Both the position numbers and the translations under genes were made by a program. Below, piece after piece: positions 39,483-53,302 of a DNA stretch of 64,000 nucleotides (position 1 is its first letter; every line of letters starts with the position of its first letter). Under the pieces are notes generated by a model. It did no database searches. It saw only the letters and a program-made list of their open reading frames with translations, and had not been told where the DNA came from. This DNA is from Octopus sinensis (lineage: Eukaryota), in the NCBI RefSeq assembly GCF_006345805.1, contig NC_043019.1, positions 21,513,360 through 21,577,359 on the forward strand, in the 5' to 3' direction.

Positions 39483-39644
39483 AATAGCATATATAAATAT
39501 ATTTTGATTAAACAAACAAAGAAGAAAACATTTAAAAAAAAAGAAAGAAAATTAAAGATTTACCGATTGTCATTTTTCTTCTTTTTACCATTTACAAGTA
39601 AAAAAACAAAACAACAGACTATGAGATTGAAGAAAATTTACTAC

Positions 39645-40505
39645 CTTTGTTTTGCATAATTCCTGTGCAACATCAATGCTGTGAATAGACTCAGAAACAA
39701 CACCACCGAATTGGGACAAAGGAAAGCTGTCTGTTTCTATGGAAGCTTTCTCCTCATTATCAATGAGATTTAATGCTAAAGAAGCCTCTTGAGCCTCAGA
39801 AATGCCATCGGGAGACTCATCTTCAGAGTGTTTAGACGATAAGCTTAAATCAGTTTCATGTGATTCCACCTCAGATTCAATGAGTGGTGATTTCAAGTTT
39901 GATTTTACCACCGTAGCTGTTATTAAGTCTTCGTCCTCATAGAAGCTGTCCTCGCGGATCAAGTTCTGTGTTTTGGCAGTTCCCAACTTAATATCAGTAG
40001 GCTTTGGAGGGAGAGCTGGTTTCAAAGGTTGAGTTAGCAGATCAGGACTCAGTTCTGGATATGAGTACAGAGGCTCTTGTAATGAGACTGATTTAGTTTT
40101 GTCTGGAAACTCTGCAATTACATTACTTTCTTCTCTAAATTCCAAAGTGTTGACCACCTGATAATTCTCTTCTAAGCTAGCAGTTGGTTCAAAAGTAGGA
40201 GCAGCAGCAGCAGCAGCTAGCAGAACTGGCTGCTCAGAAGTAACAGAAGCATCAACATCAACATCAGCATCAATATCAACATCAACATCAACAGTAGCCT
40301 CAGTAATGGTAGTAGTAGAAGTAGTAGTAGTAGTAGCAGCAGCAGTACTAGCAGCAGCAGTATATAGTGATGGTGGTGGTAGTGTAGGTGATGCACGTGG
40401 TGATGCTAATGGTGATGATAAGGATGATGATAATGAAGGGACTGCAGAGTTGGAAATAGCATGTGCAGAACTCAGTGGAACAAGTGGTGCATTTAAATAC
40501 AGGAT
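39645..40505 (-). CDS. MPDZ: MPDZ-family exon: large acidic/Ser-Thr-Pro low-complexity linker between PDZ5 and PDZ6
   Basis: ctgcag|ATC acceptor and AAG|gtagta donor; 861 bp open, phase 0-0, compatible with neighbours. Protein-like composition (PALPPKP, REDSFYEDED). No domain homology, so the 5' boundary is less certain. Confidence 0.72.
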
Positions 40506-42195
40506 CTGCAGGCAAGAAACATAGAAGACAACATCGAGAATAGAAACATGCACAATAATTTTATAAAGTTAACAGCATCATGCACAAGAATTTTCAAAAG
40601 TATTTATAAAAAAAAAAAAAAAAAAGCCGAAATCCAAGAAAAAGAAAGAAGTTATATCAGAAAAAGATAAAGAAGAAAAAAAAAATAAGAGAGAGCTTTA
40701 AGCACTCGCATCAAAAAACAAATTTATTTTTCTTAAAAAAATGCTTTCAGTTTTTCAGCACACACACATACACACACACAAACACACACACGTGTATGTT
40801 TGTGTGTGTGTGCGTGTGCGTGCATGCATGCCTATATGCATACGTGTATGTAATTTATTTTTTAAAAATATTTTCTCTGTTTATATTTTACAGTTATTTA
40901 AACAAATTTTTAATGTAAATTCATCTTTTTATTGAGTGATATTATTTTCAGCTAAAACTATAAACTATTTTCATTTCTAGTTTTCATAACCTTAGATAAA
41001 CCATAAAGTTTCTATAAGCTTTGTACAAAATACAAGCTACAATAATCACATAGAGCAATAATATGAACATTGTGAATAAATGCCAAGATAAGGATTTTCA
41101 ATGAGGAAGAAGTATAAAATAATCTCACAGACTCACAATTTATATATATATATATATGTATGATTAGGTGGCTGAGGGCTACATGCAAGGAACTTCAAGA
41201 AATGTGAAGTTGAGTCAAATACATGTAACTCCAACAGATGTATTGAGTGCTACTTTCTTTCAAAGGTTCACCCGTGTATGAGTGTGAGTATTTATGTAGA
41301 TCTTATTTTTCATCAAAAACAATCATTATCTTTTTAAAAAAACACCTTGGCAACTACATTGAGGATACTTTTTCTGAGCAATTTTACTGAGAAAATATTG
41401 CTGAGAAAACAAGTCCTGTATGGTTAGAAATGAATAAACATAAGACATAATTATAGGAAATAGTTTAAGGTAAAGGAAAAATAATTTATTTAGGGTCCAA
41501 AAATATATATATATGTATGTATTTGTATTATCTTAAAATATATCCTGCCTTATATACATACTGAATTTCTGGTGAAAAAGTTTTTTAAATATTTATGGAA
41601 AAAAAAAGCGAAACAAATATGAAATATTTTACACAATGAATAAGCATTTAATATTTACATGGAAAGCAGATATATTTGTAATTTTCAACATGCATTAAAA
41701 ACTTTAACAACAATGATAATAACATTAAGAAGATGAAGAAGAAAGAGAGGCAGAAAGAAGGAAGGAGAGAAAGAAAAGAAAGATAAACAATAATAGAATT
41801 AGATTCTTCAGATGGATAAGGGAATAAGGAAATTATCAGATAAGCCAGTGTCAAAAATTTAAGTTGAAGAAAAAAAATTTGCTATGTATAGAGATAGCTA
41901 ATGTGAAAGTTTTTAGGAGAACATTGTCTAAATTTAATAAACTGAGACATTTATATGGATGAGCAGAGCATGAATATGTATAATGCATGTATGTATATCT
42001 TATCTACCTACTTATAATTTATTTATGTATGAATGTATATATGTATCTGTGTGTTAAAAAAAATGAAAACACTTGAGAAGTTTTTCTATTACACTAAATT
42101 ACATGTATAACACTTCTCAAAACAAGCAGGAACTGCCGGTCTCTAGAATGAAATTTCTCAAGTGCTCGCAGCTACAAAAGTCATGTAAATATAAG

Positions 42196-42470
42196 GTGTG
42201 TGTGTGTGTGTGTGTGAGGAGAGAGAGAGAGAGAGAAAGAGTGTGTGTGTGTGTGTGTGAGAGAGAGGAGAGAGAGAGAGTGAGTGTGTGTGTGTGTGTG
42301 AGGAGAGAGAGAGAGAGAGAGAGTGTGTGGTGTGTGTGTGAGAGAGGAGAGAGAGTGTGTGTGTGTGAGAGGAGAGAGAGAGTGTGTGTGTGTGAGAGAG
42401 GAGAGAGAGAGAGTGTGTGAGTGTGTGTGTGTGTGAGAGAGGAGAGTGTGTGAGTGTGTGTGTGTGTGTG
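42196..42470. repeat. Compound (GT)n/(GA)n microsatellite array
   Basis: Alternating GT and GA blocks seen directly. Confidence 0.95.
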
Positions 42471-42737
42471 TATAGACTATTGGTAATACTTGGGTTTGCC
42501 TGGGTTTATAGAACAAGTTCCCAAGAAAGTCACACAGTTTACGGACCCTTTTGAGATTTACACTGATGTAGTTACCTTGGTATGAAACTGTGGCCCATGA
42601 ACTTGTTACAAACGGACGACTTTTATATACAAAGTGTGTGTGTGTGTGTGTATACACACACACACACACTGCAGTAATATATTCAGGTTTTTACTTCCCG
42701 CCAGTTTCTAAATCCAAACCTACTCATATCTCTACAG

Positions 42738-42801
<64 letters not shown>

Positions 42802-43011
42802 GTCACTATTATTAAGATCTGGTTTTGTTGCCGTTGCTTTTTTCCTTCCTCCCAGATTGAGTTACCTTCTTCACAGTCCTCCTTGTGACAAAATTGAGAG
42901 CAACTAGGAAAGTAAGAACTAAGGATGAGGAGGTCACCACAACAGTTCTACTAGAAATAGTCGCCTGCTATTTGGCAGTACACAATCAATTGATTCCAGC
43001 ATCACCAGGAC

Positions 43012-43054
<43 letters not shown>

Positions 43055-43190
43055 ATGTTGATGGTGGTGGTAGTGCTAGTGGTGGTCATTGCTGCCAGCG
43101 CACACTTATATAAAATGTCAGATCAATGGCAAGTTGTAAAAAAAGAGAGTAAAAGATATACCTATGTATGGAGAGAGAAACAGAGAGAAC

Positions 43191-43236
<46 letters not shown>

Positions 43237-43791
43237 TAAAGAGAGAGAAAGAAGCTAAGCATGTTCTGTATGTGATAGGTAGAAGTTATCTGTGTACTGA
43301 TGTTTGTGACTAACAGCTTTCTGGCCTGACTGCACTACACTGCACTTAAAAGTACACTATTGTACCGTATACTATAATGTAGCATAATACTTTAGTATAT
43401 TGTACTCAGACTGTACTTTACATTCTGAGTTCAAATCCCTCTCAAGTCAACTTTACCTTTCATCCTTTCTTGGCTGGATAAGATAAAGTAAATAAAGTAC
43501 CAGTCGAATTCAGACCTAATACCTATACTACAAACTACATGCTAATCACTAGTAATATCACACACCTACACACACAGAGACACGTGCATACACCCATATA
43601 CACACACACACAAACACACATGCAAGGGCAGGTGTGGCAATGCTGTTGAGAAGTTTGCATCCTAATCAAATGGTTCTAGGTTCAGTCCCACTTCATGGCA
43701 CTTTGGGCAAGTGTCTGCCACTATAACCTCAAACCAAACCACAGAGCCTTCAGTAGATTTGGTAAAGGGAAAACTGAAAGAAGCTCATTTC

Positions 43792-43869
<78 letters not shown>

Positions 43870-44601
43870 TTGTTTTGAAATCATGTGATAGTTGTAGATG
43901 AGTCTCACCGTCGTACAAGCAGTGTCGTTCCTTTCTAATCTTTTGTGAAAACCTGTCCAGTCTGGGAGAATTATTGTCTTATTCAGAAACAGGTGAGGAT
44001 TGGCAACAAGAAGGGCATCCAACTGTAGAAATCATCATCATCATCATCTGGTTGTACTTATTTCATGGATTGCCATGACCCATTCTACCCAGTCTGTTTG
44101 GTCCACCATTGCACATGGAGGTCATCTTGGGTCTTCTTGGGTGCACTCAGAGACCTTACACAAATGCTTTATATTAGTTTGATGTGGTCTACCAACATTT
44201 GCATACCCATGCTTTGCTTCCAAAGAGGACTGCTACAGTGATAGATTTTCTACACCTATTACTAGCAACGTAGTAAATCTACCGCGACAATTTCCATCCA
44301 ATCCATACAGACAAGGAAAAGTGGACATCAACATGACGACGACGACGATGATGATGATGATGACACACACATACATAAATACAAGTCAGCTGTTACTTAC
44401 GCATGAGTATAACCTGATAGTTCATACCATGCTTTTGCTAATTGTTTTAGGCACCTATGTAGTTATGAGCAGATAGACTCCCTCTTGACTCTCCCCAGTG
44501 GCACATTGAGGAAGAGACAACTGATGGGGAGGAGAGAGAGGGGAAAAGGAGAGAGAGAAGGGGAAGAGAGAGAAGGGGAAGAGAGAGAAAGAGAGGGTGG
44601 T

Positions 44602-44832
44602 ATGGCGAGCTGGCAGAGTCGTTAGCACGCCGGGCGAAATGCTTAGTGCAATTTCGTCTGCCGTTACATTCCGAGTTCAAATTCCACCGAGGTCGACTTT
44701 GCCTTTCATCCTTTCGGGGTCGATAAATTAAGTACCAGTTACACACTGAGGTCAATATAATCAACTTAATCCGTTTGTCTGTCCTTGTTTGTTCCCTCTG
44801 TGTTTAGCCCCTTGTGGGTAGTAAAGAAATAG
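44602..44832 (+). mobile_element. SINE family B, young copy
   Basis: GGCGAGCTGGCAG head through GTAGTAAAGAAATA tail. Confidence 0.88.
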
Positions 44833-46325
44833 GTACCAGTATTCAGCTGGTACTCAATTTCAGTTGAATAGACTGAACCAACATGAAATGGAGATCAAGG
44901 CTCCATTGTCAGCAAATATTCTTGTTTGTTTGTTGTTGTTATTGTTGGACTGATAACTAGGACTGAGTGAGCTTTAGCCCTTTTGCCTGACGTATGGTTT
45001 CCGTCCACACTGGGCTTACATTGGGATATTGGAGTTACCGTTTGTAGAACACTATGTTGGCCCTGACAGGATAGACCTTTGATGCCAGACAATCTAGTTG
45101 TGACCATCTCACCATACTTTTTCAGATGTAGTGTACTTAGAACACCATATATGTAAAATATTATTCTTATATTGAAATGTTAGAGCATGATATGAGGTAG
45201 AAATGGCTGCTTTATCTAGTAAGTTGAGCAAATGTGTAAGAGGTTCCTTTGTTTCCTAGTACCATGTGGTTAAAAGTTCACATCCTATCACCAGCACTAT
45301 GTAACACTATGTCCATCCACGACCAATGAGCCTAATTTCAATAAGTCAGTGAGGGAGCCACCTAAGTGAAATAACAGCCTAATCTTCCTGAAACTGCACA
45401 CTACTGCCTTAAAAACCACCCCCAAAAAATATAGAAAAAAAAAGAGACACAATGCAGGTCTTAACATACAAATAAATGATTGGAATAGCCTTCATTATAT
45501 GTCTGATGAGGTTTACTAAGACCGAAAGATGTTCAAAGTTGTCTCCTGTATTTGCCAAAATAATTAAAATAATATTAGTTAGTGACTGATATTGTCTTTT
45601 CCTCACTGCATAATTATTTTTAATTAGCTTTGTTAATGATCATTGCATTAAATATGTTCATATATACTGTTATATTGAATATATGGGAAGGTATTATTCA
45701 CGAGTATTTTGTCAGTTTGCAGTGTGAAGTTCAAGTTCTTCAACAGACCAAAAATAGGTCTCAAGAAGCACCACAAGGAATTCTCTCCAAAGAAATACTT
45801 AAACTGATTAGACTACAACACAGGAGGGGAGGGAGAGAAGGAAGGAAAGAAGGAAGGAAAGAAGGAAGTGATAAGGAGAAATGGGGAGTAGAAGGAGGAG
45901 AATAAAAGCAAGAAGGGGGAGAGGACAAGGAGATAAGAGAATGAAGTTAGAGGAGGAGAAAGAGGAGAGGAGAGGAGAGAAGAAGAGATAATGAAAGAAA
46001 AGTGAAACAAGGGAAGAGATAGAGAGAAAGAGGAGAAGAGAGAGAGAGAGAGAGTCAAGGGGAGAGAAGGGAAAGAGCAATAGATAAACAGGAGAAAGAG
46101 GTAGAGGAGTAGTAGGAGGAGAAGACAAATAAAACCAGTCATTCCTGACACAATATGGATCCTACAGGAGTTGGTAATTGGTCGTTATTGTGAGCAACTA
46201 ATCTATTATTTAAATAGTCTTTTATTAATTATTTAAACCTAATCGGCCAGTATTATTACAATAAATAGCAACATCTTTAAAGGGGCAAAAAAATAATATA
46301 TACACAATACATACAATATATATAT

Positions 46326-46367
<42 letters not shown>

Positions 46368-47212
46368 CATATATAAGATGCAGGCTTGTCAACCACATGC
46401 TTTCAGGTTCAGTCCCATTGCATAGTACATCGGGCTAGTGTCTTCTATTATAGCACCAGGCTTTGTAAGTGGATTTGGTAGATATAAACTAAAACAAGCT
46501 TGTCATGTGATCGTGTGTGTTTGTGCATGTATGTATGCCTTTGTGTCTCCAAATCCCCCCCCCACCACCACCACCAACCATAGCTTGATAATTAGTTTTG
46601 ATTTGTTTATGACCCTGTGATTTAGTAGTTTGGCAAAAGTGATCAATAAAGTACAGGTTTTTAAAAATAAAAGGCACTGGAGTTGATTTGTTCAATTAAA
46701 CCCTTCAAGGCAGTGCCTCAGAATGGCTGCAGTCCAAAGGCTGAAGCAAGATAAAAGCTGGTGCCACTTAGAAAGCACCCAGTAAACTCTGTAAAGAAGT
46801 TGGCATTAGGAAAGTCATCTAGTCATAGAAACCATGCCAAAACAAATGGAGTTTGGTGTAGGCTCTCTGGCTTGCCAGCTCCTCCTGAATTGTCCAACCT
46901 ATGCTAGCATGGAGAAAGGACATTAATGATGATAAATGATGATATATATATATGTGGAGGTGCGTAGCTTAGTGGTTAGGATGTTGCACTTATGATCATA
47001 AGACTGTGGTGTCAATTCCTGGAACCGGCCAATGCAGTGTTTCATATTACTCAAGTCCATTCAACTGGCCAAAAATGGGCAATAATCCAGCAATGAACTA
47101 GCATCCTATCCAGATGGGAAATATATATACTACAGAAGCTGGTAAACCGACCTCATAGTTCAAGAGGAATGACTTTTGACCATTGTTTTTTACTATATAT
47201 TTATATACACAT

Positions 47213-47259
<47 letters not shown>

Positions 47260-48844
47260 GTGCATATTTAGGGCTAAATATGGATAACCATATGCAAGAA
47301 GATCACATACGATCTAACTACAAAGAAAGAATGTTCTGCAGAGAAATTAATATTCAATTTATCTCCCTCATTATTGAAAAAAAAAAAAAAAAAAAAATAT
47401 ATATATATAATATATATATATATATTGACTGCAAGCTATGTAGGGAATTTGATACTGTTTGTTAGTGGAGTATTGAATATGTTTTGATAGAATGCTGACT
47501 ACAACAGGTGAAAACTGGTTTCATTTCCTTTTGAAAAATCTTTCAAAGAAATAGCTAATGTACACTGGTCACAATCAGTATTTTACCATTTTCTAATAAG
47601 GAATCAATTTCTATTAAGCCTGCAGGCTAACTATGACATCAGTGATTTTTCAATTGCAATTTTTCTGTATCAGTAGATGCTAAATCTATTTTAGTTTCTG
47701 ACTGCAAGAGGATATTTTTTACTGATGGTTCTCAACAAAGCAGAAATACATATTTTGAAAAGCCATCAATATTGCCGGCTGTTTTTGTCTGCTACTGGTG
47801 ATATATTACTGTTTATTTTTAACACATATGCTTTTAAAAGATGCTATCTTGAGAGGAATACTGCATTTTTAGGCTTTAAGTATTATATACAGATTATTAT
47901 TTTGAACTAATACGGCTTTCATCACATATACATATATATATGATGGACTCTCTTGTCGAAGATGACGTATGAGCATTCCGCTTTTGCAAAACGACCAGCA
48001 AAATTATTTGCTTATAGTGATGTTACCTGAACAGGTGCACAGTGTATCATGCATCTGGTGTCAAAGTGATCGCAGAACAACAGGAGATGAAATATTTTAC
48101 TCAAGAATACAACAAACCACCTGATCTAAGAATTGAAACCACGATTGTTAGATATTGAGTGCAACACCTTAACCACTAAGCCATACACCTTCAAAAAAAT
48201 ACATATATATATATATAACATATATATATATAAACACGCACACAGACATGTATGCACATACACACACATACACATGAGTATACACATACAGGTATGTGTA
48301 ATGCAAATATGCACAATCACTACTCACATTAAAAAAACGTTGTCTTTAAACATGGCTACCATGCAGCTAGGGCACCCGCAGCCCCTCCAAATGTTAGACC
48401 CCCACTATCACCAAAGATCTCACCAGGTATGAGCAGATCCTTAACACAGCTCGTGCTGCATTCTAGCAACTGGCTCTTCCCCTTAGAGCTAAAAAATACT
48501 TCAGTCTCAAACAATTACTGACATTTTACAAAACTCAATTTAGGCCCTAATGGAGTATTGCTCTCACATTTCAAATGCTGCTTCCATTACACTCATCTTA
48601 GACTGCATCTAGAGAAAGGCAGCTTGATTGAATGGTATAAAATCATTCACAGAAACACTCCACCCTCTGATCCACAGACATGCTGTGCCTCTTCTCTCCG
48701 TCTTTTCTACTGGTACTATAACGGCCTCTGTTTCTCAGAATGCTTGGTCTTGTCCTACCCTTACTCAGCCACTTTTAACTCACTCCTCTTTTCTCATCTC
48801 ATCACAAATGTCATGCACAACTCCCTCAGGCACCCTACTAACCT

Positions 48845-49075
48845 ATTTCTTTATTACCCACAAGGGGCTAAACACAGAGCGGACAAACAAGGACAGACAT
48901 AGGTATTAAGTCGATTACATTGACTCCAGTGTGTGACTGGTACTTAATTTATCGACCCCGAAAGGATGAAAAGCAAAGTCGACCTTGGCGGAATTTGAAC
49001 TCACAACGTAACACAGACGAAATACCGCTAAGCATTTCGCCCGGCGTGCTAACGTTTCTGCCAGCTCGCCGCCCG
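48845..49075 (-). mobile_element. SINE family B, young copy
   Basis: Matches the family consensus; ACTAACC repeated at both ends. Confidence 0.88.
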
Positions 49076-49500
49076 ACTAACCATTAACCCCAGTCCCTTC
49101 CCCCCAAAACATCATCTCTCTGGAACTCTCCCAAAGCTCATGTTCTTTAAAAAGAACCCAAACAATATCAATTTACCAATTTTAGATGGAATCCAAACGA
49201 TCTGAGTCACTACACATTCCTCAACATCCAACAAGTAAAACAAACACATGTATACACATTAAGTGTGTGTACATAGTATTTATATATGTGCCTGTAGTAT
49301 ACACGCACACATTGCGTCAGTGTTTATACACACACACATTTTGATCTGTCTGTATGTAAGTGTCTCTGCATGTGTGTCTAAAAATGTCTGTACGGGTATA
49401 CATATGCACAAAAGTACAATGCACATATGCTGCCCATGAACATGCATGCATGCATGCACATATGCACACACACACACACAGAGAAACATGCACTCATACA

Positions 49501-49546
<46 letters not shown>

Positions 49547-49911
49547 CATGCACTCACACAGACACACATACTGACAAATCAAAGTAAAATTGAGATGCTA
49601 ATTCAGCTACATTCTGAATGAGATACAAAACTGTTTAATTAAGTAATTAAGAAATTCATTAATTAATTAACACTGCTTCATTAAATCTATACATTCTTAC
49701 AACCTGTGATGTAAGTACCAATACAGACAACTAATAAGGAGACTCTTGTTACCAATCAAGTGTGACACCAACTACATGCAATGCCATATTATTCAGCACA
49801 TCTCTTCTACTATACTGTGTTGTAATAGTTGCTCTACATGCTAAAAACAGCAGCCAAATATCCTTTAAATTATATTCTATTGCCTTAAGTAAAGAAAAGT
49901 ATATAGGGTAA

Positions 49912-50300
49912 TCATCATCATCATCATGATCGTTTAACGTCCGCTTTCCATGCTAGCATGGGTTGGACGATTTGACTGAGGACTGGCGAACCAGATGGTT
50001 GCACCAAGCTCCAATCTGATCTTGCAGAGTTTCTACAGCTTGATGCCCTTCCTAACGCCAACCACTCCAAGAGTGTAGTGGGTGCTTTTTATGTGCCACC
50101 GGCACAAGGGCCAGTATTGGTGATACTGGCAACAGCCAGGCTCAAATGGTACTTTTTTGCACCACCTGCACAGGAGTCAGTCCAGTGACACTGGCAACGA
50201 ACTCGCTCAAATGTTTTTGTTGTTTTGGCAACGATCTCACTTGTATGGTACTCTTAGCGCACCACTAGCACGGATGCCAGTCGTTAAATTTGATTTCGAT
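49912..50300 (-). mobile_element. SINE family C (GAT-repeat tail)
   Basis: (CAT)n-CGTTTAACGTCCGCTTTCCATGCTAGCATGGGTTGGACG... as at 32174 and 63755; plus-strand copies at 12485-12665, 21400-21580 and 46757-46945. Confidence 0.8.
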
Positions 50301-50339
50301 TTCCATATACAAAATGATGTGATGGATAGTAACTGTCCT

Positions 50340-53050
50340 TCATATTATTGTGGGTTTCTGATGATGAGAGTTAGAGAGGAGTATCTGTGACTACATGTGA
50401 AGGAAGTCCTTGCTTGAAGAGTCTGTTCAGTCTTGGCTGGGGATTTAGGGGCTTAAATGACAAAAAACAACAACAAACTTATGAAAGAGAAGACGAAGGA
50501 AAAGAACAGTAGAGTGTAAAACCAAATTAGAAATTATTGACTTAGTGCTTTACAGAACAGAGACTGAATAATCGAAGTTGAGAATAAATCAATGAACCAA
50601 TCAAATGACCATCACCACACCACCACCACTATTTAATCTCACTCAATATTCCTCTCTCTTTCTCTCTCATTTTTGCTTCTTTTTTGGTTTTTTGTGACAT
50701 TCATCTTACAGTTTGGCAACTGTTGGATTGAAATGCAAGCTTAAAACATCAATTATTGTTATAATTATTGTTATTATATAGGAAGGAAGTGCACTGTTAG
50801 AGTTGGTATGCACACAAATTGGATGAGATTCAAATAAATGAAGCACTCATAGTGGTCATCTGCATGATAGAAATCATTTGCGATAATCATAAAGGATTCA
50901 AATTTTAGCATGAAGTTAGCAAGTTTAGGAGAGGGGAGTAAGTTGATTACATTGACCCCAGTGATCAACTGGTACTTATTCTATCAATCCTGAATGGCTA
51001 AAAAGCAAAGTGGACCTTAGCAGCATTTGAACTTGAATGTAAAGAGCCAGAAGAAATGCTGCTAAGCATTAACAGAACTGTTTATTCATTGCCTTATGAA
51101 TAATAAAAATAATAACAGTTTCAAATTTAAGTACAAGACTAGCAATTTTGCAGGGATGGTAAGTCAATTACATTGACCCCAGTGCTCAACTGGTACTTAT
51201 TTTATTGACTCTGAAACAATCTAATGGTTCTGCCAGAGCTGGCAGAATCAACGGCTTTGAAAAACTGACTGAATATTTTCAAACTGTTCCAAACAAGGTA
51301 TAAAGAAATGACAAGGAATCATGAAAAGTCCTTAATAAATTAAGGATAAAACTTAACGTAGTTATGTTTAATGAGAGTATGTTTGGCCGAAAAGTTGTCC
51401 CCTAGTTACACACACATCTAGGGAACGGTATTCAGGTACACATTTCAGTTGAGTAGACTGCAGCAATGTAAAATGAAGTGCTTTGCTGAAGGACACAATA
51501 AACTGTTGGTTTGGGAACTGAAACCCTAGCCTTATAGTGGTGAGCTCAAAACTCTAATCCACAAGGCCATGCATCTATCAAATGGTTAGGATTTTAGATT
51601 CTGTACAAGGCAGACAAACAATTCTTTCATTGATTTTTTACATATACCAACTTCTTTTACAATGGAATTAAACTAAATACCACAATTTGATCATATTATT
51701 GTGGGTTTCTGATGATGAGAGTTAGAGAGGAGTATCTGTGACTACATGTGAAGGAAGTCCTTGCTTGAAGAGTCTGTTCAGTCTTGGCTGGGGATTTAGG
51801 GGCTTAAATGACAAAAAACAACAACAAACTTATGAAAGAGAAGACGAAGGAAAAGAACAGTAGAGTGAAAACCAAATTAGAAATTATTGACTTAGTGCTT
51901 TACAGAACAGAGACTGAATAATCGAAGTTGAGAATAAATCAATGAACCAATCAAATGACCATCACCACACCACACCACTATTTAATCTCACTCAATATTC
52001 CTCTCTCTTTCTCTCTCATTTTTGCTTCTTTTTTGGTTTTTTGTGACATTCATCTTACAGTTTGGCAACTGTTGGATTGAAATGCAAGCTTAAAACATCA
52101 ATTATTGTTATAATTATTGTTATTATATAGGAAGGAAGTGCACTGTTAGAGTTGGTATGCACACAAATTGGATGAGATTCAAATAAATGAAGCACTCATA
52201 GTGGTCATCTGCATGATAGAAATCATTTGCGATAATCATAAAGGATTCAAATTTTAGCATGAAGTTAGCAAGTTTAGGGAGAGGGAGTAAGTTGATTACA
52301 TTGACCCCAGTGATCAACTGGTACTTATTCTATCAATCCTGAATGGCTAAAAAGCAAAGTGGACCTTAGCAGCATTTGAACTTGAATGTAAAGAGCCAGA
52401 AGAAATGCTGCTAAGCATTAACAGAACTGTTTATTCATTGCCTTATGAATAATAAAAATAATAACAGTTTCAAATTTAAGTACAAGACTAGCAATTTTGC
52501 AGGGATGGTAAGTCAATTACATTGACCCCAGTGCTCAACTGGTACTTATTTTATTGACTCTGAAACAATCTAATGGTTCTGCCAGAGCTGGCAGAATCAA
52601 CGGCTTTGAAAACATGACTGAATATTTTCAAACTGTTCCAAACAAGGTATAAAGAAATGACAAGGAATCATGAAAAGTCCTTAATAAATTAAGGATAAAA
52701 CTTTAACGTAGTTATGTTTTTAATGGAGAGTATGTTTGGCCGAAAAGTTGTCCCCTAGTTACACACACATCTAGGGAACGGTATTCAGGTACACATTTCA
52801 GTTGAGTAGACTGCAGCAATGTAAAATGAAGTGCTTTGCTGAAGGACACAATAAACTGTTTGGTTTGGGAACTGAAACCCTAGCCTTATAGTGGTGAGCT
52901 CAAAACTCTAATCCACAAGGCCATGCATCTATCAAATGGTTAGGATTTTAGATTCTGTACAAGGCAGACAAACAATTCTTTCATTGATTTTTTACATATA
53001 CCAACTTCTTTTACAATGGAATTAAACTAAGTACCACAATTTGATCATAT
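50340..53050. repeat. Tandem duplication of about 1.35 kb (50340-51690 and 51691-53044)
   Basis: Near-identical copies differing mostly by 1-2 bp indels; TCATAT at all three junctions. Confidence 0.95.
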
Positions 53051-53068
53051 GAGTCTCTTTCAGTTTCT

Positions 53069-53302
53069 TATTTCTTTATTGGCCACAAGGGGCTAAACAT
53101 AGAGGGGACAAACAAGGATAGACAAAGGGATTAAGTCGATTATATCAACCCCAGTGCATAACTGGTACTTAATTTATCAACACCAAAAGGATGAAAGGCA
53201 AAGTTGACCTCGGTGGAATTTGAACTCAGAACGTAACAGCAGACGAAATACCGCTAAGCATTTCGCCCGGTGTGCTAACGTTTCTGCCAGCTTGCCACCT
53301 TA
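53069..53302 (-). mobile_element. SINE family B nested in a family A SINE
   Basis: TSD TCTTTCAGTTTCT on both sides, which is family A sequence. Confidence 0.85.
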
